Assembly (NCBI GenBank): GCA_035648135.1
Contig: DASRMB010000052.1
Coordinates: forward strand, 23,334-87,333
DNA: 64,000 nucleotides
Direction: 5' to 3'
Source: Prolixibacteraceae bacterium
GTDB lineage: Bacteria; Bacteroidota; Bacteroidia; Bacteroidales; Prolixibacteraceae
Shown one piece after another: positions 59,162 to 64,000 of this stretch. How positions within the stretch are numbered: position 1 is the first letter of the stretch; each line of letters starts with the position of its first letter. The position numbers and the translations under genes were made by a program. Below the pieces are notes generated by a model. That model had not been told where the DNA came from and searched no databases. It saw only the letters and a program-made list of their open reading frames with translations.

Positions 59162-60964
59162 TCAGTTTAATTTTAATTTAACTACCAATGCCTGATAGGG
59201 TGAAAGTTCCAACACCGATTCACTGATTAATTTCAGAGTAGCATTTGAAATTAGTGGATTCTCTTCCATTTTCATTCCTTCAGGAAGGTTCCATTGTTGT
59301 GTATCGGCGGAAAAATTTAAGACAACCAAAACTTTATTGTCATCCTGAATACGGGTATAGGCATAAACATTGGGATTCGCCTTATCCAGCAAAGTGTATT
59401 TTCCATAAACCAGGACCTGATTTTCTTTGCGTATTTTCACCGCTTTCCTGAAATAATTCAGAATGCTATTGGGGTCAACGTCTTCAACCGCAACGTTTAC
59501 TGTTTCATAATTCGGATTTACCTTAATCCATGGTGTACTGGTTGAGAAACCGGCATTTGCCGTTTTGTCCCATTGAAATGGCGTGCGGCCATTGTCGCGG
59601 GCCGATATTTTCTGAGCTTCGATAAATTCGTTCAGATCGCCACCTTTACTTTGAATTTGTTTGTACATGGCAATCGATTCAATGTCTTTATACTCATCAA
59701 TCGAGTTAAACTTGATGTTGCTCATTCCCAGTTCGTCGCCAAAATAATAGTATGGAGTGGCGCGCATGGTCATCAAAAAGGTAGTCAGTAATTTCGACGA
59801 AGCATCCCTGAATTCGGGGCTATCGTTTCCCCAACGGGTCAGCATCCGCGGCTGATCGTGATTTCCCAAATAAATTGTTCCCCAGCCTTTTTCGGCAAAA
59901 ACGCTGTCCCACTTCGAGTAGATGGCTTTAAACTCGGTCAGCTTGTATCCGTTCGGATCCATCACTTTGAATTTTCCGGGAACATATCCGAGGCTAACTC
60001 CTTCGAAATGATAAAGCATATTCAGTTCCTTCCGGTCTTCATCAACAAATTTGTGGGCTGTTTTATCGGTAACCCCAGCGCCTTCGGCAACACTCATCAC
60101 ATCATATTTACTCAACACCTCCTGATTCATTTCTTTCAAATAATCGTGCAGGTGAGGTCCGTTGCCCATGTACTGGCTCCAGTCGCCGTTGTATTTTTCG
60201 TTTATTTCTTCAGGAGTGATAACCGGGAAAGTGGTGTCTTTTGAAATGAATGAAATAACATCCATGCGGAATCCATCGACCCCTTTCTGAAACCAGAAAT
60301 TCATCATATCAAAAATCTCTTTGCGGACTTTTGGATTTTCCCAATTCAAGTCGGGTTGTTTGAAATTGAAATAGTGCAGGTAATAAGCATTGGTCAACGA
60401 ATCGTAACGCCAGCCACTTCCATCCACTTCGAAACTTCCGGGGCGAAAAGCAGGCTTGCCCTTTTCGGCTGGCCACCAATGATAATAATCGCGATAAGGA
60501 TTGGTTCTTGAACTGCGCGACTGTTTAAACCATTCATGCTCATCGCTGCTGTGATTGGCTACCAGATCAAGTACGAGTTTAAGTCCACGTTCGTGCATAC
60601 CTTTTAGCAAGGCATCAAAATCCTGCATGGTGCCAAACTCTTTCATGATACCGCGATAGTCGCTAATATCATAGCCATTGTCGGCATTTGGCGAGGTAAA
60701 AATCGGGTTGAGCCAAATCACATCAATACCAAGACTTTTAATATAGTCGAGTTTCGAGGCGACTCCGTTTAAATCGCCAATACCATCGCCGTTACTGTCT
60801 TTAAAACTGCGTGGATAAATCTGGTAAACAACAGCTTCTTTCCACCATTTTCGGTCTATATTATCTACGGACTGCTCTTTTGGAGTTTGACAGGAAGTGA
60901 TTATCAAAAACAAGATCATAATAAATAAGCAAATACGCATTAATTGTTTATTCTTAAAGTACAT
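59162..60964 (-). CDS. GH13 alpha-glucosidase (oligo-1,6-glucosidase / sucrose-hydrolase-like) lipoprotein
   Basis: 'YQIYPRSFKDSNGDGIGDL', 'GVDGFRMDVI' and 'VLDLVANHSSDEH' are GH13 regions I/II. Lipobox 'ITSC'. Start taken at MYFKNK (60964). The ORF track's extension to 61057 is unsupported. Confidence 0.75.
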   Translation of the reverse strand: MYFKNKQLMRICLFIMILFLIITSCQTPKEQSVDNIDRKWWKEAVVYQIYPRSFKDSNGDGIGDLNGVASKLDYIKSLGIDVIWLNPIFTSPNADNGYDISDYRGIMKEFGTMQDFDALLKGMHERGLKLVLDLVANHSSDEHEWFKQSRSSRTNPYRDYYHWWPAEKGKPAFRPGSFEVDGSGWRYDSLTNAYYLHYFNFKQPDLNWENPKVRKEIFDMMNFWFQKGVDGFRMDVISFISKDTTFPVITPEEINEKYNGDWSQYMGNGPHLHDYLKEMNQEVLSKYDVMSVAEGAGVTDKTAHKFVDEDRKELNMLYHFEGVSLGYVPGKFKVMDPNGYKLTEFKAIYSKWDSVFAEKGWGTIYLGNHDQPRMLTRWGNDSPEFRDASSKLLTTFLMTMRATPYYYFGDELGMSNIKFNSIDEYKDIESIAMYKQIQSKGGDLNEFIEAQKISARDNGRTPFQWDKTANAGFSTSTPWIKVNPNYETVNVAVEDVDPNSILNYFRKAVKIRKENQVLVYGKYTLLDKANPNVYAYTRIQDDNKVLVVLNFSADTQQWNLPEGMKMEENPLISNATLKLISESVLELSPYQALVVKLKLN

Positions 60965-61093
60965 ATTTTTCGGGGTTTTATGAATTTTAAAAACTTTACC
61001 CGGATCAAAATTCAAGTTTGTTCTTCGGGTAAAAAATAATTTGCAGAACCAGGCCATTTTCAGGCTCTTAATGAGACTTTAATATTTATTTTC

Positions 61094-61993
61094 CTAATAC
61101 TTTGAGATTAATAATTGTTCAATTTCGAACCTATTGTATTCGGGAGTTGCTCCCGCTCTACTTGCAACAAATGCGCCAGTGGCACAGGCGAATTCAAGTG
61201 CCTTGTCATTGGTTTTTCCTTCGAAAACAGCGGCAATAAATCCAGCCAGAAAAGCATCACCGGCTCCTACTGTGTCAACAGCATTCACTTTAAATCCGGG
61301 ATGTTCAAAGAATTCGCCGCCAGCAAAAAGAATAGCGCCTTTATCGCCTTTGGTTACAATGACCATTTTAGAGTTATAGAAACTGGCAAACCAACTGATC
61401 CGGCTTTTTTCATCCTGAAGTTGTACATCGTTCCATTGTGCAAAAACCCGCAGTTCATCGTCGTTTAGTTTCACAACATCCGATTTTCGGATCAGCATTT
61501 CAACTATTTCACGAGTATCGTATGGTTTTCGGAGGTTGACATCGATGAGTTTAAGGGCATCGTTTTCAAGAAGGTTCAGGATCGTGTTTCTTGAAACTGT
61601 ATTTCTTGAAGCCAGTGATCCATAAATAATAAGGCCTGATTTTTTGGCCTTTTTCGAAAGAGAATCAGTGAGAGTCAGATTATCCCAGGCAACTGGTTCG
61701 CAAATTTCGTAGGTCGCATTATTGTTTGCATCCAGGTGAACCAGAACTTCACTGGTCGGAAGCGTTTCGTCAACGGTCACCAAATCAGTATTTAATCCTG
61801 AGGTTTCCAGAAAATTCAGGAGCTTTTTGCCTAGTTCGTCGTTTCCGATTTTACTGGCAACAGCTGCCAGCTGCCCAACCCGGTTAAGATGCAGGGCCAC
61901 ATTCATGGGAGCACCACCGGGTTTTGCTCCGGAAGGCAGATTATCCCACAGGATTTCTCCGATACACAGAATTTGATTATTATTTATTTTCAT
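61094..61993 (-). CDS. PfkB-family sugar kinase, fructokinase-like
   Basis: 'DTVGAGDAFLAGF' (PfkB C-terminal signature) and 'GGAPMNVA' (N-terminal GG motif). 299 aa. Confidence 0.75.
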   Translation of the reverse strand: MKINNNQILCIGEILWDNLPSGAKPGGAPMNVALHLNRVGQLAAVASKIGNDELGKKLLNFLETSGLNTDLVTVDETLPTSEVLVHLDANNNATYEICEPVAWDNLTLTDSLSKKAKKSGLIIYGSLASRNTVSRNTILNLLENDALKLIDVNLRKPYDTREIVEMLIRKSDVVKLNDDELRVFAQWNDVQLQDEKSRISWFASFYNSKMVIVTKGDKGAILFAGGEFFEHPGFKVNAVDTVGAGDAFLAGFIAAVFEGKTNDKALEFACATGAFVASRAGATPEYNRFEIEQLLISKY

Positions 61994-62013
61994 AGTATTT
62001 CGATTTATTATTT

Positions 62014-63372
62014 TTATTTCGATTTATTTCTGCGTTCAGTAAATTCAATCTGAATTTCTTCCAGCGATTTTCCTTTGGTTTCAGGAATAACTTTCCAGGC
62101 AAAAAAGAAATGAAGCACCATCATCACGGCAAAGAATGCGAATGAAGGTCCGCCGCCCACACCGGGCATTTCAGCAAAAATAGGGAAACCCCAAATCAAT
62201 GCAGCAGCCATGATCCAGTGAGTGAAACTGCCCAGTGCCTGTCCTTTTGAGCGTACTTTATTGGGAAATATTTCGGAAAGGAAAACCCATAAAACAGCTC
62301 CCTGCGAAAACGCGAAAAACGCGATAAAGCCCATCAGATATATCATTACACCATATCCGCCGAACTCGCTAAAGTTGCTGGTGAAGAAAGCTTTGGAAAG
62401 CATTCCGAGGAAAAAAATCATTCCAACAGAACCGACCATGAGCAGCGTTCGACGGCCATAACGGTCGATTAAAAAGAGAGCTACAAAAGTGAAAAGCAAG
62501 TTGGTCGCGCCTATAGAAATAGATTGCAACAAAGCTGCATTGTTTGTAAAACCAGCCATTTCGAAAACACGTGGAGCATAAATCATGATAGCATTTATAC
62601 CAGCTAACTGGTTGAATGCAGCTATCAAAATAGCGAAAATGATAGGGTACTTATTTTCTTTAACGAATAGTTTTCCATGACCTAATTCGAGTTCCAGTTC
62701 CACCGATTTTTCAACAATGGCCACTTCTTCTTTTGGGTTTTCAGCCTGAATTCGGATAAAAACGGCTAAAGCCTCCACGCTTCGGTTTTGGTTAACCAAC
62801 CATCGCGGACTTTCAGGAACAATAAAAAGTAAGCCGAAAAACAGAATGGCTGGAAGACTTTCAACACCAATCATCCATCTCCATGATCCTTCGGCAATTA
62901 ACTGAGCTAAAAAATAATTCACTACGAACGCCAAAAATATGGCAGAAACCACGAAAAACTGGTTGAGTAAAACCAATTGTCCACGTTTTTTTGCCGGAGA
63001 AATTTCAGCAATAAACATAGGAGTAACAACTGTGATACATCCTAAAAGTACTCCGGAAACAAAACGGAAGAAAAGTAGCAACTCCCAGGTAAATGCGGTT
63101 GCACTTCCGAGGGCTGCCAGAGAAAATAATCCGGAAAGTACAATTAAAGATTTACGGCGACCGTATTTTTCGGCAGGCTTACCTATTATTATTGTACCCA
63201 GGATGGTTCCCAAAATAGCGATGGTGATGGTAAAACCCAGCCATGTACTATTTAAATTAAAGATGGATTGCAATTGCGAGGTGGTTCCCGACATCATGGC
63301 GATATCGTAACCAAAAAGGAATCCGCCCAAAGCAATGATTAGCGAAATTGAAATGACGTTTTGTGTTTTCAT
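62014..63372 (-). CDS. MFS sugar porter (glucose/fructose:H+ symporter-like)
   Basis: 12 TM segments. 'LFGYDIAMMSG', 'GRRKSL' and 'PESPRWL' are sugar-porter signatures. Confidence 0.8.
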   Translation of the reverse strand: MKTQNVISISLIIALGGFLFGYDIAMMSGTTSQLQSIFNLNSTWLGFTITIAILGTILGTIIIGKPAEKYGRRKSLIVLSGLFSLAALGSATAFTWELLLFFRFVSGVLLGCITVVTPMFIAEISPAKKRGQLVLLNQFFVVSAIFLAFVVNYFLAQLIAEGSWRWMIGVESLPAILFFGLLFIVPESPRWLVNQNRSVEALAVFIRIQAENPKEEVAIVEKSVELELELGHGKLFVKENKYPIIFAILIAAFNQLAGINAIMIYAPRVFEMAGFTNNAALLQSISIGATNLLFTFVALFLIDRYGRRTLLMVGSVGMIFFLGMLSKAFFTSNFSEFGGYGVMIYLMGFIAFFAFSQGAVLWVFLSEIFPNKVRSKGQALGSFTHWIMAAALIWGFPIFAEMPGVGGGPSFAFFAVMMVLHFFFAWKVIPETKGKSLEEIQIEFTERRNKSK

Positions 63373-63433
63373 AAGTTCGATAAATTATTTACACCAAATT
63401 TACAACCTCTGATAATTTTGAGATTTATCGTAT

Positions 63434-63530
63434 GTGTCAGAATGTTAAAAGCATGTTACTATTTGATTACTAAATTGGTGTCAGTTGTCGGAATGTAACA
63501 TGAATTGAAGACATGTTACATGAATTGAGT
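63434..63530. promoter_or_regulatory. Direct-repeat cluster in the promoter of the MFS-frk-GH13-GH32-GH36 operon
   Basis: GTGTCAGAATGTTAA (63434-63449) and TGTCGGAATGTAA (63487-63499) share one motif. TGTAACATGAATTGAAG (63494-63510) and TGTTACATGAATTGAGT (63514-63530) form a second pair spaced 20 bp start-to-start. All lie 60-160 bp upstream of the MFS start at 63372. Confidence 0.4.
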
Positions 63531-63584
63531 CTGGAAGAATTTCTAAATCAAAACATATTCTTCAACAATCAGATAGAACGAATT

Positions 63585-63630
63585 AAAAAAGGTGCTTGCG
63601 TTTTTATACACAAGCACCTTTTTTATATTT
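63585..63630. terminator. Rho-independent terminator (symmetric) downstream of the partial CxxCH gene
   Basis: aaaaaaggtgcttg-cgtttttataca-caagcacctttttt, with A/T runs on both sides. Confidence 0.7.
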
Positions 63631-63661
63631 TTTTTGTCTGGTCCTGAGGCCTTACATCGAC

Positions 63662-64000
63662 TTACTTTTCAAGAAGTCCGTCGGCAACCCATTTGTTCAG
63701 AATGGCAATATTTGCATCCGAAAGTTTTGTTCCTCCATTAGGCATAAATCCTGCAGCAGATGGAGATCGTTGAACACGATCCAATATTCCGGTAATTTTG
63801 GCTTTGGCAGTGGCATAATCATCCCACTTGTTCGGATTTATCCCTCCGGGCATATGGCAAGGCGTACATGATACCGTAAAAATAGGTTTTACATTAGCCT
63901 GAAAAGTGACAATTGTTGAATTCACGGTAACTTCTACCGTGATTGCACTTCCCGGAGTTCCGTTTGCCGAAGGTACTATCGTATAAGTTGCTATACCTGA
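63662..64000 (-). CDS. C-terminal part of a larger secreted protein ending in a CxxCH (c-type cytochrome-like) domain. The N-terminus lies beyond the window
   Basis: 'FTVSCTPCHMPGG' is a CxxCH haem-attachment motif. The reading frame stays open to position 64000, with upstream translation ...TYTIVPSANGTPGSAITVEVTVNSTIVTF. The ORF-track start at 63925 is a GTG inside this frame. Confidence 0.5.
   Translation of the reverse strand, partial: SGIATYTIVPSANGTPGSAITVEVTVNSTIVTFQANVKPIFTVSCTPCHMPGGINPNKWDDYATAKAKITGILDRVQRSPSAAGFMPNGGTKLSDANIAILNKWVADGLLEK

Noticed and set aside
59162-61057. GH13 start at 61057 (MAWFCKLFFTRRTNLNF...)
   Set aside because: The lipoprotein signal and lipobox follow MYFKNKQLMRICLF, and the upstream 31 codons are AT-rich intergenic-like sequence.

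Overview
Bacteroidota-type chromosomal segment, judged from the sequence itself. Supporting traits: about 40% GC, no Shine-Dalgarno sequences, several 'TAnnTTTG' -7 promoter motifs with a TTTG about 19 bp upstream, SusC/SusD pairs, a hybrid two-component sensor, and many lipoprotein signal peptides. The window has three parts. (1) 1-19.2 kb is a housekeeping block containing rpsP-rimM, a GH130-like glycosidase, and prfB with its programmed +1 frameshift. It also holds a GNAT acetyltransferase, ppk1 read in-frame into an ArsC-family domain, a TrmH-family methyltransferase, oxyR, tRNA-Glu, rpsT, the sufB-sufC-sufD operon, thiL, and a membrane-anchored ATP-grasp protein. (2) 19.4-32.7 kb is mixed: GH5, a GH20 enzyme, a DUF1003/SDR/transglutaminase/DUF2797 cluster, ilvE and an NfeD-flotillin pair. 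(3a) 33.0-49.8 kb is a large minus-strand polysaccharide utilization locus: SusC, SusD, a fasciclin lipoprotein, nagB, heparinase II/III-like, three GH20-type enzymes, a sialate O-acetylesterase-like SGNH enzyme, an SSS transporter, nagA and GH16. A divergent LacI-family regulator flanks it. This fits a host or mucin-type GlcNAc-rich glycan locus. (3b) 51.8-63.4 kb is a second sugar locus built around a hybrid two-component sensor with a periplasmic sugar-binding domain and an AraC output. Its enzymes are GH36, GH32, GH13, fructokinase and an MFS sugar porter, with no SusC/SusD; this predicts raffinose, sucrose or fructoside use. No CRISPR array, integrase, transposase, phage genes or obvious defence island is present. 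The most unusual non-genic signal is a family of about 85-nt nested-palindrome repeats in three intergenic regions. Other notable signals are candidate LacI operators, direct repeats in the fructose-operon promoter, a homopolymer-linked ppk1/ArsC-family fusion, and a truncated HTCS-like propeller fragment.
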